Assembly (NCBI GenBank): GCA_030141605.1
Contig: JAQGDQ010000072.1
Span: forward strand, 124,001-188,000
DNA length: 64,000 nucleotides
DNA from: Tubiluchus corallicola
Taxonomy: Eukaryota > Animalia > Priapulida
Reading direction: 5' to 3'
Under the pieces are notes generated by a model. The model made no database searches. It had not been told where the DNA came from and saw nothing but the letters and a program-made list of their open reading frames with translations. Shown piece after piece: positions 1 through 14,210 of the stretch. Position 1 is the stretch's first letter; each line of letters opens with the position of its first letter. The translations under genes and the position numbers were made by a program.

Positions 1-29
1 TTTATCTCCATTTACTGATAATTATATTT

Positions 30-186
30 ATAGTTCGGGTCGGGAACTGCAGTCCGACTCGAACTCCGATCCCGACCACTTGATCCCGAACCCCAGAAAA
101 CCTGACCTCGCACTCAATTAGTGTCCCGAACATCGATCCCGATCGGCTGAGCCCAAACCGAACCTGGATTCCGTCCCGCATCTCGA
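30..186. mobile_element. Right end of a hAT-like DNA transposon
   Basis: Clustered CCCGA(A/C/T) subterminal repeats end in cccgcatctcga, whose reverse complement resembles the TAGAGATG hAT terminus. The left end lies outside the window. Confidence 0.5.
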
Positions 187-289
187 ACACATAAAATAAA
201 TTGACAAGAAGCTGGTTGATCTTTGACCCCACAGGTCACCTGTCAAAAATTTACACGTTAACATTTCATAGTGAACGAATTCTTAAGTA

Positions 290-580
290 ACCAAGCATTA
301 CGAATTCAATAAAAGCAAATTTATGACTTTTGGACAATGTGAAGATGTCATTTCAATCCTTGTTAGTTTCTAATATCAGAAACATTGTCAACCGTTTTTG
401 ATAACTGTTTAAAAATGAATTCTATAAGGACAAAAATGCGTAGATTGCATTTACGCATTACTGCATCTTGTAGGGAATTAATGTTAATGAAAATTCTTAA
501 ACATTGCCGATGTTACTTGGCTTTGACAATGTCGAATGATTTTGTTTTGTTCTCTGCTGCTTGAAATACTTTTTCGTGAA
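290..580 (+). pseudogene. Very decayed L1/Tx1-like RT fragment
   Basis: Only short motifs are visible: EFYKT (~417) and GFDNVE* (~519), compared with AFDxVEW in L1/Tx1 RTs. Confidence 0.25.
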
Positions 581-3500
581 TTTTAGAGGTTTCTTCGCAA
601 TTAACTTGTCCTTTCGCCGAACATTCTGCAGCTTAGCAGGTGGACTACTAAGTATAACTCTCCTATGATGACCACGGTAGGCTGTCATTTTCACCCTTCC
701 CGGTAAACTTTAATTAGTTTGTGACTGATGATCGACGGTTCAGACTTTAAGCGATCAGGCAAAGCATAACATTATTGCAAATAGAATCCTGAACTGCAAA
801 CTTTGTTTGACACTTACAACCAATGGTGGAAAGTTTTCAAAATTTAATAATAACGTTATCTAGCTGAAGTTATACCGGCTACACCTGTGGAATACAAGAT
901 AGTGATAATTTACAATTCTTTCAGAACAGTGCAAAGCACCACCCACAGGTATTATTAAGCTGGCCATAATTTTATATTTTCATTACGTGGGAAGATCCTC
1001 CCACTTTATGGCAAATATGCGCTTACTTAATGTACATCTACCGTACCTAACTGTCGGAGTTAAAAACTACACGCATTTTAAAACTGTATCTCTTTCACTT
1101 TCATGGAAACAAAGATTTTTTATTCATACAGATTGTAAATAGTTACGCTGAAACAGGAAATTATATGAATCTCTGATGAACAGACGTAAATTTTTCTGAT
1201 GCTGTTAGTACCATGTCCAGTTGACTATCTCAGGTAATATAAGACGAAACAAACTTCGAATAACGAAAACATCATAGGTTCTACTAACATATAAATTTAG
1301 TTAAGAACTCAAATTTTCAATTGCTTCATGCTGTCATCTTCAAACAATAGAATAAGACAAACAACTGCATTTAGAAAACAAAATATAGAATGCATTGTCA
1401 CAATCGAAATTAAATAATTGTAAGGTTCGGCTATCGTGATCATCGTTCAGTATCTATAGTACCAACATAACAAAATTCTTTTCCTTAGATGTAGAACTTG
1501 TATGTTGACGTATCTAATATTAACAGTTATTACGTTAATTCAACATGCCGTCTATAAGCAAGAAGCCATTAAATACACACGTCCTGGTTGACTCTGTCAC
1601 CTGTTCATGACCATATTTGTATTATGCTGTTTACCAACGCATTAGAGGTGGTGAATTGTAGCGTGACAGAGGTGAGTTCTAGTGGTGGGTGGCGAAGGGC
1701 GGAAAATTAATACTAGTATCATATAATGTTGAAAGAAAAATTGATCTGGAAGTGACATTCGTGTACTCGGTTTCTGCGTTGTAAGCTAGGTATGAAGTTG
1801 TACCGGCACCTTTTCAGAAGCAATTAGTAATACTAAATGAAAAGCAAACTGAAGGCTTAATATCAGTTTCCGCCCTTTCACGATCTAATAAATTTGTGAC
1901 AGAGTGGCTATTATGTTGTGGTCCACTAGTATCAATTAGCGAAAATGCAGCAGCAGATTGCATTAGCAACCTATATCTTCACATATATCCAACCTTTACT
2001 TTGTACAAATGCGCAAGACAATCACTTTAAGAAGGAGCGTTCAGTTGACGACAAATTTAAACAGTAAAATTAAGTGGAGTAAAAATAAAAAAATACAGAT
2101 TCCAATTGAATAAAAGACAATGATGTAGCGAAATGCGGTAAACGAGTAAAACGACATTTAGCCGATCACATGTAGGCTTAAAGGCCTATCTAAATCCATC
2201 TTTCCCGAAACTGAATTTGTAGCTTAATTTATTGTATGATATGCTTAAATTTTGGTTTAATTTAAATGGTTTCAAGAGGCTCATAACACTATGTCCCTGT
2301 GATTAGAGGTAATACAATAGCATATTTCAGCGAAATTATCATTGGCGGGCAAACAAATTCTATATACTCGCGAGATTCATAAGAAAATTAATATTTACGA
2401 ATATCAAAATGGTTAAAAATTTTAACTGTATCCTCTGATCTGCGAATAAGCAACTAATCAGGGAGTTAAAGGCGGCGGGCTTTGACCTTGACCCTCCGCT
2501 GGATTTAACGAAACCAAGTTTCGCAGCTTTGTTGCAACAATTTCAATGTGCTAACACAGAAAAAACGATTTATTCATGTTAAGCCGCATAATATTCAAGA
2601 TGGCCACCAAAAACAAAATTTGATGCAATTTGTAGTATGAAAAAAGGACCCCAAACAAACGACTAAATCTGTTTCTTGGTTAAGCAAAAGACTAGACTAT
2701 TAGTCCACTGATTTCAGTAACGCTTTAAAAAATTCAAAATTAAAAATTTTTAAAACTCAAAAATTCAAAAATTCGCCAGAAAAGCGAAAACACAACAAAT
2801 ACTATATCTCACTAATTATATATAACCACGTGCAATGTGGCATAGAATGTTATTTTTTTGAAATATCATTTGCTGTTATACTTGAGCAAATAATACATCC
2901 GCACCCACAGAATCACCCTCAATGCCACATACTCATGGACATTGCTGGGTTTAATCGTTATAGGATGATAGTTTAGTGGTCTGGTCCTTGTACTCGCAAG
3001 GGTACGTTTTGTCAACCTTACCGTCATTGCTGTACACATCATGGCCGCTCCCTTGTGCATGGTTCTTTGTATTACCAGCAAATTCTGTTGTTATATTCTT
3101 TCTATAAGCCATCTTTTGAATTTCTGAATTTTTCTAATTTACATACTGTACAGTTCTTCTGCATATAATGTAAATATCCTAGTAATTAAAATAACATGGA
3201 CTCGTTAAGGCTACACAGTATACACCCTATTCGCACTGCACACAACTACGCCACATCTGGAGTCATCAGGAGGAACCTGATCAGGATTCTCATTTCGGCT
3301 GTTTTTCCTTAATGTTCCAAACACTACCAGGTACTGCCAGATGCACAGCTTTGCCAGAACAACAAAACGAAAGCTGAACGTATCACGAAAGACAACCCTC
3401 TCAAACTAACTCTTTACGTACGAAAAAATAAAATATGAAAAAACAAGAAAACAAAAGAAAAAAGAAAGCAGATTCATTTGATAACTTTCCTTCTTTCTGC

Positions 3501-4769
3501 TACCAAATAACGTAACCCAAACATCCACTTAAAAAACCATTCAAGCTACACTTCCGAAGTCAGGCATTACTGACACTTTAAACGTAGCACTTTAAAATAA
3601 AACTAATAATACCTAATAATACATGTTGAATACCGTTGCTAATATTATTTTTGTTATCAAATGACTTAATACAAAGGTCCACCTTCGTATTAATCGTAGC
3701 CACCGTAAAACCGACACATTTGATGTCAGGCATTACATGGCGTTTTGAGTACAGCCCATATGACACACTTATTATTATCTGAAAGTACCTTTAATCAACT
3801 TAATTATAATTCCAAAATTAAAGTAGTAGTAAATAACAATAAATGCAGAATGTGGGTAAAATGTCAAATAAAAAAATCAATAGTTAATTACATAAAAGTA
3901 AAAATAATAAATGAAAAACCAACAGAAAATTATAATAACAAATTATAATAACAAAAAATAATAAATAGCAAAACTAATGAATAAGTAACATAATTTATAT
4001 TAACTTATAATTACTTGCTTCTCTTCTTCTAGTGTCCCGATGATGCCACAACTGGCAAAAATGTTTTCTTTAGGGAACCCCAAAAAGTGCTGATGGCAAT
4101 ATTATGCTAATTCCATATTATATGAACTGATGATGGCGTAGGCTACTTATTGTTCCATCAGTACAGGTGCCACAACAGTTGCTAAAGAACTGCCAATTTT
4201 GCTGTTTATTATAACACAACGTTCAATGTATCTAAAAGCAAGTGTAGGCATTTTTTGCTACGTTCATTCAAGCCGAAAATGCTGATATAAAAATCGTACA
4301 AACTTGTTTTACGTGGGAGTAAATTCTTCAAGCAGAAAATTTAGAAACGTCTGTCAAATAAAGAAATAAAATTTGGATCATGTTCAATTGACGTCAAAAC
4401 TATGCTTTTCAAAAAAGACTGCACTAATGTGCATTGCATTGCGTTGCCGACTAATTACGCTATAGCAGATCTTAGTTAAATCAGCTTACAACAACGTAAG
4501 AAGAAAACTCTTTAAATTGAGGTGTGATTGTAATGCATCTGGTATGTGTACCACTTTTTAGACGACAATTTTTATAATTTTTACATGTTCAAAGAACGAC
4601 AGCTGGAACCGATTATTGTCTGCCATTCACAATGAAATTTATTACCTAAAAAATGAGTGAACGAGTATACAAAATTACATTTTTTAAAGCCGTAAAAATT
4701 TATTAAGTGTCAAACATACGTATGTGGTTGATAATGTCTTTCGAGGTATCCCTGTAAATGCGTTTATAA

Positions 4770-4770
<1 letters not shown>

Positions 4771-4844
<74 letters not shown>
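4771..4844. repeat. (TTA)n microsatellite, about 25 units
   Basis: Read directly. Confidence 0.98.
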
Positions 4845-4927
4845 GTAAGCTAATGTTCATAAAATTGACCTAAAGGTAAAATTGGCTGAACCTGGCTGGT
4901 TTTTTGCATAAGCACCAAGAATGAAAT

Positions 4928-5594
4928 CAGGGATGGAACTAGATGTGGCAAGCAGGGGGGGGGGGCGCAAAAATTTTCTGGGAGGGCGAGGTATCCGATG
5001 TGGTTAAATAATGGTTATGCCAATTTTTAACCCCTTTTATACTGCATGCAGGCCTGTAATTAGCATGTGTGTAGGACGGCGTAGCGGACAGAGCAATAAT
5101 GAGAAAATTAACTCTCAGTTAACCTAACGTTATTAATGCGCCTCTAACTAAATTGTTATTTACAGAAATTTATCACACACAAGTTTTAAGAAAATAATAC
5201 GCGGGAAATAATGTCAAAATGAAATGTGGAACGATACCTTCTTGGACAAAAAAGTCGAAAAGTTTTCAAAAAGTCTCAAATTTCAGCATGGTACCGCTGT
5301 TACACCAGCATCCTATAGCTGTGCACACAAAACTGTTGGCCTGTGTGTAGAGCCTGTGACTGTGTGTGGTCCCTGTAGGCCTACACTGTGATGGGCACCT
5401 CTATGCACACTGAGTTTTGTCTGCACGCACACTGAAACTACCAAACATTTTTTTACCTAATTCTAATTCATATAGAAAATGATTACATGCGAACTGCAAT
5501 TTTCACTGCAAAAAAATTATTTGTCCGATTTTGCAGGGGGCGCGAAATTTTGACAGAGGGGGCGCCCCCATCGCTCCCCCTAGTTCCGCCCCTG
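4928..5594. mobile_element. Non-autonomous hAT element (MITE), 667 bp
   Basis: TIRs cagggatggaactag / ctagttccgcccctg (13/15 match). Perfect 8-bp TSD aatgaaat at 4920-4927 and 5595-5602. Confidence 0.9.
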
Positions 5595-6544
5595 AATGAA
5601 ATCAGTTGATAAAATGAGGTCATTTATTAAAACGACAGTACATTCAATATAGCAAGGCAAAAAAGGTGGGGCACACGCAAATACCGCCCCACCCAATGCG
5701 TGACTATACTAATCATAGTATTGCTTGCGTCTATGATTACAAACATAATGAAGCATTGTTTGCAATACTACGATACATTACAAAATTATATCAACCGCCT
5801 ACTAAAGCAGTTTCAACAATATACAGTGGTACATTATATATAAAAATTCCACATTACAGAAAAAAACACTGCAATGTTAAAAGTACCTAAACCTAAAGTT
5901 TACACAAAAATTACATTCCTACTTTAGTAGTGAGTGGCGAGAGGGTTGGTTTTCACATCCAGCGACAGCAGGCAAATGGGTGATTTTCGACAAGATGACG
6001 TATGTCATTCTTTGATTGGTTAGCTAAAAACAATGCGCGACACTGGTGCACATGCTCACGAACATTCCTTACAAAGACTCAATTATTGCTATTCTATCAA
6101 TAAATTTACCTCTGCAGTCTTTTGTACATGATTACGTAAAAAGCGTGTTGTTCCAATGTGTATATATTTTACACGTATATCTGTTTTTGTTGAAATTTCA
6201 TCAATTTTTGTTCTAGATTTTTTAATATATAGTCATGTATATTTTATGTAGTTTTTATATGAATTGTTAATATGGACTTTAAATGTGAAATAGAGTATGA
6301 GTGAAATGAATTGGTGTGTTAAGTGTTCAAAGGTTTAAATCTACTTTATAGGAATGAAATTGACAATAAAACAAGAAAAGCTAGTACAGTAAGACAGTGT
6401 AGTCTGTTGTAGGCGCAGATGACATTTTTGACACTACAGCCTGCTCAACCCACTTAATACCGTTTTGTGCATTTTTAGGGACTCCCAAAATCTGACAGTC
6501 CCTTGGGGAGTTGAGGGTTAAAAGTTTTAATTAAAGTCAGTTAA

Positions 6545-7017
6545 TTGGCCTACACATGTTTTCTGGGCATGAACGCTATAAAACTTTGGAAAAATATTAA
6601 AGCATGCTCAAATGCAAGAGTTCCTATCGCCCCAAAACTAACTGATTACGACATTGCCAATTTATGGGCTTCTCATTTTGAAACCTTACTGAATGAATTT
6701 GATGTAGGTGGAATTAGAAGTGAATTAAATAATTATTTTTCTTGCTATACAAATTGCAAACATGTCGCAGTTGTTGAGGCGCAAGAGTGCATTAAGAACT
6801 TGAAATCCGATGTTCTAGTTTCAGAACATTTTAATTATGCTTCAGGAATATTGTGGATACCTTTGTCATTGGTTTTTACTGCTCGGCATGTAACTCACGT
6901 TTTTTACCAACAGAATTTTTTGCATTCAGAATTACGCTGTGAAAGACAGAAACGGAAATTCCCGCCCCATTGCAATGTTCACCGTCACTAATAAGCTGCT
7001 TCAAGATGTACTATTCT
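6545..7017 (+). pseudogene. Decayed CR1/L2-group LINE ORF2 fragment (linker to RT start)
   Basis: ANLWASHFETLLN...ECIKNLKS...SEHFNYAS, then frameshifted KDRNGNSRPIAMFTVTNKLL (cf. NYRPIA). Confidence 0.7.
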
Positions 7018-7297
7018 GTCGACACGTTCAGATTAGCGAGTTTTCTCACCGAGATAACTCGCCAACCAACTCGCGAAGGTGTTCAAAGCTGACTCTCATT
7101 CAATGTGAGAAGTGTCGTTGAGTAACTCGTTGAGGCGTACACACTACACAGTAACTAGGCAAGAAATCAACTCGCAACACTATTAGAGAGTTTACAATAA
7201 GATGCCAACAGTAATTCGCAAAGTAGTTTACATACGCCAGTTTGTTGTCAGAGAAAAAAGTCGCGACAGAAAAACTCGTTAGTCTGAACGAGCCACT
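7018..7297. mobile_element. PIF/Harbinger-like MITE
   Basis: Imperfect TIRs cgttcagattagcgagtttt / aaaactcgttagtctgaacgagcc, with internal AACTCG repeats. TSD not resolved. Confidence 0.6.
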
Positions 7298-7395
7298 ATA
7301 GTAACTGTATTGATTCAACGGCTAACCTGTTTTTATATAAGAACAATGTGTTCTGTAATTTACAGGGACTTTTTCTTTAAGAAAAAACACTTAAT

Positions 7396-8815
7396 ATGGA
7401 GTCTCCGCATTACCTCTTTCAACGTATTCGTAATCCAGATTCTTTGTACAACGTAAGAAGCGAATGTGAACGTTTTGATATCATATTTCTACAAGAACAT
7501 TGGCTTCCTGAACAGGATCTGGCTTTCTTAAACACAATTGATGACAGATTTTTAGTTTGTGGCGTGTCATCCTTGTGGGTCGATGTTTTGGTGGCCTCGG
7601 TGATCTTTGGAGAAAAGATCTGCAACTGCAAATCAAGTCTGACTATGTTGATGACGAGAAGCGGATTTCGAGTCTAATGATTGGGTAACTGATGTAACAT
7701 TACTTGATATTTATATGCTCTACGAATCTAGTGATAACACTGATGATTTTTTTTCCTGTTTGGGCAAATTAAATGCTATCATTGATACGTTTCCAACTTG
7801 TCATACGATTGCCGTCGCAGACTTCAATGCTGATTTTGGCAGGAATTTTGGTAAATATCTAGTTAATTTCTGTTCTGCACATGACTTTGGTATTGTTGAA
7901 AAAGAGTGCCTACCTGCTTCTTCCTCGACATACTCATTACTCAATGATATTTCTACTTTAGATTATGTATACCCATCTGTTTTGCAGTGGGTTTTACTAG
8001 AATTCCTAAAGCTTACTCCAGTAGTGACTGCAGTGGAAGCTTTTCCTCTGGACCAGATGGCGGATGTGCAGACTAGGACTAACTGGTCTTCTGCTACTGA
8101 AATTAATGTTGCGAATTATGATGTTACTTTAGAGTTTAGACAATGAACTGTCTAAATTAACATGCTGTAACGAAGCACTAATAAGTAGATTGCCAATGAT
8201 CATCAAACTGTGATTTCCAAGCTGTATGATGATGTGATCAACTGCATCAAAATGGCTGAGAATCTGTGCATTCCTCATTTAGAATGTGGTATCAACAGCA
8301 TGGTCACTACACATCTGGTTGGGTGGAATGATCACGCGTTGCTTTTCTACAGTGGAGACAATGTGGATCACCTCGTTACCGGCCTCTTCTTTATGACCAC
8401 ATGAGAAAGACCAGGGCTCGTTTTAAGCTTGCTGTGCATTGGCATAGGAATAATCAGGAACAACTAAAATGTGACAGAATGGCTTCTAGCCTGATAGGTT
8501 GATCTGATGAATGGAATTTTTGGAAAAATTTCCGCAAGTACACTGCGTCTACTTATATTGGTAAAGCTAATGACCATTACGAGATTTGTTGCCTATGGAG
8601 TGAACACTATGAAAAACTTTTTAATTCTATAAAATCTTCTCCTACTGAGGAGGCTGATGTTCTGAAAACTTTAACTGTTAAGAGCTTTAACCAAAACGCG
8701 TTGGTCTCTGAAAATGAAATATATTATGCAATTTGCCAGCTCAAACTCTATAAATGTATAGGGCCTGATTCTATTGTTATAGGGTTATTGATTTCTAAGG
8801 TATTTCCAGCTTCTT
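7396..8815 (+). pseudogene. Decayed LINE ORF2: APE endonuclease and linker
   Basis: FDIIFLQEHWL, VADFNADF, FWK...LWSEHYEKLFNS and CIGPDSI motifs across frameshifts and stops. Confidence 0.8.
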
Positions 8816-9299
8816 GTTTTTGTTTTTTTGTACAGACTACCGCCACTAGGATATTGACTTAGTAATTGCTTGCACCAAGCAGTACCTCATGAATGGCACC
8901 TAGTAAAAAAAGCTTTCTGATTCAGTGAAGTGTTTTGCTGCTAAAAAAGGTAACGAAAAAAACTGACAGAGGCGGTAACTTTCGAGCAGTCACTCTGTAA
9001 ACACTTTCATGCATTCTGTCTCTAGTGAAGCAGACTTTAAACTGCTTCAACGTTTGGCTGATTGGAAAAGGTTATCTCGTATCGTCCATATCTCTTGTCA
9101 AAGTGTTATGGTTAGAACAGTCCAACAGAAAAGCGGTTTATTTAGGCTTGAACTCTAAATCTGCAGCTCAGTGTATTTTTACCAAGCAAATGATCTACAA
9201 AACAATCGTAGAAGAGAACCTGTACAAACGACCGCAATAACACTATTTCTGCTGAGTCACTAGTTTATGGAATGAGTAATTTAATGAACATCTTGGCGC

Positions 9300-9450
9300 T
9301 TTTACATTCGTTATTTTTATACATTTTACCAGTCATTTTACCAGTCAGTATGATGCGTAGTAATGTTTTACCACTTGTGAAAGACAAGAATGGTAGTATA
9401 ACGGAAATTAATAATTATAATTATCGCTCTATATGTATATCTGATAAAAG
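9300..9450 (+). pseudogene. LINE RT start fragment, probably continuing the 7396 element
   Basis: LPVSMMRSNVLPLVKDKNGSITEINNYNYRSICIS. Confidence 0.7.
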
Positions 9451-9658
9451 CAAATGCTTATATTGCATACCAAAGGATACACTTGTGCTCCAGTGTGATT
9501 CTAAATGGTTCTGGTGTTAAGATTGTTAATGACTAGAAATATTTTGGTCACATCTTAACGGTCATGTCGATATCTGGTACATATATGTACGTATTTATAA
9601 GGAATTTGTATTTTTTTGCTAACCGGACATATTTGAGGCCGAATAAAACGGAGCAGTT

Positions 9659-10100
9659 CAGGGTTCGAGAAAACGGAGCCTGTTGTCGATAGTCAAGGCA
9701 GGATACTTTTATTTTATTTGTTTTTCCGTTTGGGTAGATGGCGTTTCTTGCAGGAAAAACGGAAATATTTTAACGTTTTTTGGGTCATAACTCAAGCGCA
9801 TCAAAGGGTCACGAACCGAAATTATAAACTAAGATGGCTCTGCATCTTGTTAACGGTAACCTGATATATGCTTCTAGGAAAGGGGCCACAAAGGGACAAC
9901 ACTTCGACCTATAGAAACAGCTAAAACGGCATCAAACGCACAAACAGACAATCCACAACAAAACCCACGACTGCAGAGGCCGATTTAGTGTAGAATTATT
10001 TAATGTTAAAGTTAAACAAACGCACTGCAAAATTTTGGATTTCGAGGAACTGCTCGAGGTTTAGAATTTCAGATGTCTTAGAATTCCAATAGGGAAAGAA
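9659..10100 (+). mobile_element. Dispersed non-coding element starting CAGGGTTCG (hAT-like), copy 1
   Basis: Colinear with 22933-23340 (cagggttcga.aaaacggagcc...gggtcataactca...gaaattata.ac.aagatg). Right boundary approximate. Confidence 0.65.
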
Positions 10101-10582
10101 TCACTAGATATAGCACGTTAACTAGCTCCCTAAGCGCTCCTGTCGGGACTTATAACACCCCAGTTTCAAAACTAGTATGTTTTTCTAGTAGGAAATAGCA
10201 AAATTTTTGAGTAAGGGCCAAAAAGGCAACTTAGACCCAATATCGATAGTGGTGTAAATATTTGGAGGTGCAAAAACTTTGTACTTTTTGGTTCGACCCA
10301 AATATCAAGTTCCGCGGTTGTTTCCTTTCAATGCAATAAAGATAAACATTTGAAAACAAAAAGTTTAAAAATGAATCCTAACGTCATGGTTTACAGTGAC
10401 TTTGCTTCGAAATTTGGGTTAACTTTTATCCTTGGGGTCGCTTAAGATGGCGATTTTTTTGCTGAAAAAACTTTGGTGACAAGGTTTCAATATAAAAAAT
10501 TTGTTTATATCCGATTACTTGGTTACAGAATTACGAGCAAATGAATTTAGGGTAAATAGCATTGCTATGAGAAAAATATATA

Positions 10583-10702
10583 AGCGAAACGTAGTAGTGG
10601 CGAAACGTAATAGTGGCGAAACGTAATAGTGATGAAACGTAGTAGTGACGAAACGCAGTAGTGGCGAAACGTAATTGTGGCGAAGTAGTGTGCATTGGCG
10701 GA
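10583..10702 (+). repeat. 16-bp minisatellite (gtagtagtggcgaaac), about 7 units
   Basis: Tandem array read directly. Confidence 0.95.
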
Positions 10703-10711
10703 GTGATACAC

Positions 10712-11040
10712 AATCAAAAAGTATCCTGTTATTGAAGAAAAATGTCTAGAATCTCTAGATCGTATAATATTCGCTGCTGGTAAAGACGACAAAGATATCG
10801 ACCGGCAAACTCGTCAATTTTATTTAAGAGCAGCAAACAGAATTTTTTCTAAGTGGAGCTTGATGATCAAAAAGACACTGTTTGTGTCATTGTAGTAATT
10901 TTTATTGTTCGCCAGCATGGTGCAGCTACTACCGATACAGTCTCTCCATACTAAAATTAGCTTATAATAAATGTGTCTGAAATTTTTTTGGATGCTCGTA
11001 AGGTGTGCTTACATGTTTTTGTAGGTTATAGTTTTATCGT
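10712..11040 (+). pseudogene. LINE ORF2 C-terminal fragment
   Basis: KDDKDIDRQTRQFYLRAANRIFSK...FYCSPAWC...LKLAYNKC. Confidence 0.65.
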
Positions 11041-13219
11041 TTTTATCTAATATACTTGTTCAAATTAATCTTGTTTTTAATATGTATAAATATTTTATCT
11101 CAAATTCTGTCTGAGAATGTTCGTAAACTTTTGTAACTTGTCTGTGTATATGAGCCACTGGCTTGAAATCATAACAACGATTTTACGTTGATAACAACGA
11201 TGACGACAATGATAACAATAACAATAAAAACAGGTCAAGTAAAACCTTGCAAAAATATTTTGTTCATAGTCGAAACTGTGTGCAAGTGCATCGCTTTTTT
11301 TAATGTGCGAATATTGCACATTGTCTTTGCAAACTGCTCCTTTAGTGATGGTAAATGAGCTAGCAGGTACCGCTTGGATATGAGAGGTTATTGTATGCAA
11401 ATAGTGCATGACATTTTCATGAGCAATATATTCTGCAGATAATATAGGTGATAATAATTAATGCAGTATGCATATCAATTTATATGATACGTGACACATC
11501 ATACATCACTTGATGGAATTTGGAATTTAGAATTTATTATTGTACATCACTTACATAGAATTAATTAATTCGGCATAGATCACAGACATCAGAAAACTTG
11601 CAAAATATTGATAAAGTTCATTAGTAAGAAATTATTACAATAAATTAATAGGTAGTCAATAAGTCTATATCGTTATGGGTTTACAAAGTTTTGTTCTTTT
11701 GACCGATTACTAACTCACGTTAAAACAGAACATGATGCGTGGTGTGTTGCCCCCTAACACAGAAAGCAGCACGTCGAAGGATGGCATGTTAATTTATTTA
11801 GATTTGCAACATGAGCTTATAATTTGAGGTAAACAAAGAAAGGGTGGTGCAGGTAAATGAGCTTCATGTTAGCACAGCAAGGGGCAACTGCGCCAACGGT
11901 TCCTCACAATTATTGAAAAAAATTGATCCAACCTAGGAATCAGGAACTGCACGACTTGATAATAATGAGTTAATTATACTACACAATGGAAAGGCAAGGC
12001 TGTCAGAAACTACAAGCAGAAGCAGAAGCAGAAGCAATACGTAAAGGAAGAAAATTTCAGTTTTTTTAGAATGTTTGTAATTTAACTGCTATGGCTATAT
12101 TATTACTGTACGTTAGTTTGCATATACGTTCTGTTACTAATCGACTTATGTAATAAAATTACTTGAATTTTGACTTATTAGACTACTAATTCGTCGATAA
12201 AATATAGTGAAAATATGCAATTGTACAAATATGTACAAAAAATTTGCTCGTTTGCCAGACTTTTGTAAGCGTTAAAGCTAAGCTGTAACATGAAAGTGGA
12301 AATAGTGTTTCTTTAGGAATGACTTTCTTTAAAGAATTATTATAACAGTCATACACACCTGATGAGCAAGTTGGGCAACAGAGTGCCTGAACAGAAACTT
12401 CTCAGAAACACTCTTACTGTAGTGTGAGCAGATAAATAGAAAACTCAGTCATGCAGCATCGAATCATTAACCATTAGCTAAGCGAAAGACTAAAAATTTG
12501 AAAATGTGAACGTAAAATTTGGAGAGTTCTATAGTAGCGCCATATATATCATCTTTTGCTTTGTAAATATATGCGAAATGAAGCATTGTAAATTTTCACC
12601 AAGCACGATGTCATTGCTATCTGCCGGCTATCAATTAAGTTTCTAAACTATTTATAAACCAGAGACATCTTGGTATCACCATTAAATGAAAACATTATCT
12701 TTTATCTGAGTAGTCAAAATGGAGTGTTCTGCTGCTTTCAGTTACACCAGGGAAGCCTAAATGTACATGCACGCAGGGCTTTTTTACTTGTTTAATCTGA
12801 CCATCACATTTGATGTGCTGCTTTGTGATGATAACTCTTCACTTGACAATATCAATCTGTAAGAAACTGAAATGGAAAACCATTGCTTATGCGGCACTGT
12901 CTTTAAATCTCAACTGAGTAGAACGTATTATACTATAGATTGCTTTGTGTGAGAATAGCCTTTAATGTCTTTTAAAATGAATTAACTTTGAAAGTGCATT
13001 AACGCAGAAGAAAGCTGCGTATGTTAAAAGGCTTTATGTATTGAGAACGCCGAAACTAAATCTGATGGTTTTTACATTTTGAAGGTGTTTTTACGTGCTT
13101 GTTAGTAAAACCTAGAAACTTTGTAATATAAATTTGTTCATATAATCATGACTGACGGAAATATTGCAGTACCTATATAGACAATACGTTATCACATGTA
13201 GACAAGAAAAGTGCATTCT

Positions 13220-13460
13220 TGACACAACTGATAATGTAATGCCAAAAATTAACGCATAATGTAATAAAAATTATCACACAATGTAATAAATAACCGATAA
13301 TGTAATAAAATTAACTGATAATGTAATAAACAATTAACTCATAATGTAAGACCTCCAAAATGTAATAACCTGAAACTTAACGCATATTTGTAACTGTAAT
13401 GTAACGCCACAGAAATGCATAATGTAATAACAAATATTCTAACCAATAATGTTATAATTA
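13220..13460 (+). repeat. Subterminal ATAATGTAAT repeat array of a DNA transposon end (left-facing terminus)
   Basis: About 10 spaced ATAATGTAAT-like motifs after tgacacaactg. An inverted homolog lies at 23770-23947. Confidence 0.7.
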
Positions 13461-14210
13461 GGAGAATAAATGTTACTTGGCACAATTTTCTCATATATAG
13501 AAAAATAATTAAAATTCTGCATTATGTATAGAATCTTATTGGAATAACAATGCTGTATAAGTAAAATATATTAAATATAAGAGCATACATAAAATTGTAC
13601 TCTGGAACATGATGCTCCACGGCAGTAAGCGTTCGAAATGTTAGGCTACTTTTTTCAGCTAATGTTTTTGAAAAAGAGATTTAGGTAACCACGTTAAATC
13701 GGTTCAGTACATTAATTTAACTTTCTGTGGCGAGTTTTTTTGTAACATTTAATATGAGTATAAGTTAAGGTGTTGAGAATCGCACGACTCACTGCTGTGA
13801 TACAATTCACTTAAATGATGACCTTGTCTTTTATTAATTATTATAATCTTTAGATTGAGATTACTATTTATGAGTGACGAACATATGATTAATTAAATTT
13901 TGACACCAACTAGAAAATGTGAAAAAGTTGAAATACAGCTTGGATTTGACCGAGGAACCTTTTGCTTACATTGCAGACGCCCTTGATTATTCATTTTTTT
14001 GCCTTAAAGAAATGCTGATATGCGTAATTATTAGGCTTATAAAATTTTTTGTAATATGGCGTTTTTTGGCTACTTAGATATAAGGCATCAAACCACAAGA
14101 AGTTTTCATTGTGTTTTTATTTATCATTTAGTACGGTATTATGATGTAGCCAAGATTGTTACATATGGAAAAAATAGAAATATTTTTATTGCAGGCTTTT
14201 AAAACATTTA

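Noticed and set aside
2178-2800. Kolobok-like element starting ttaa|aggcctatc
   Set aside because: No matching right terminus was found, so boundaries are unsupported.
10583-10702. CRISPR-like reading of the 16-bp arrays
   Set aside because: An 8-nt core and 8-nt variable part are far too short, the units are near-identical within an array, there are no cas genes and the context is eukaryotic.
13930-13990. tRNA-derived SINE head on the minus strand
   Set aside because: Only a degenerate B-box-like stretch, with no A box, tail, TSD or second copy.
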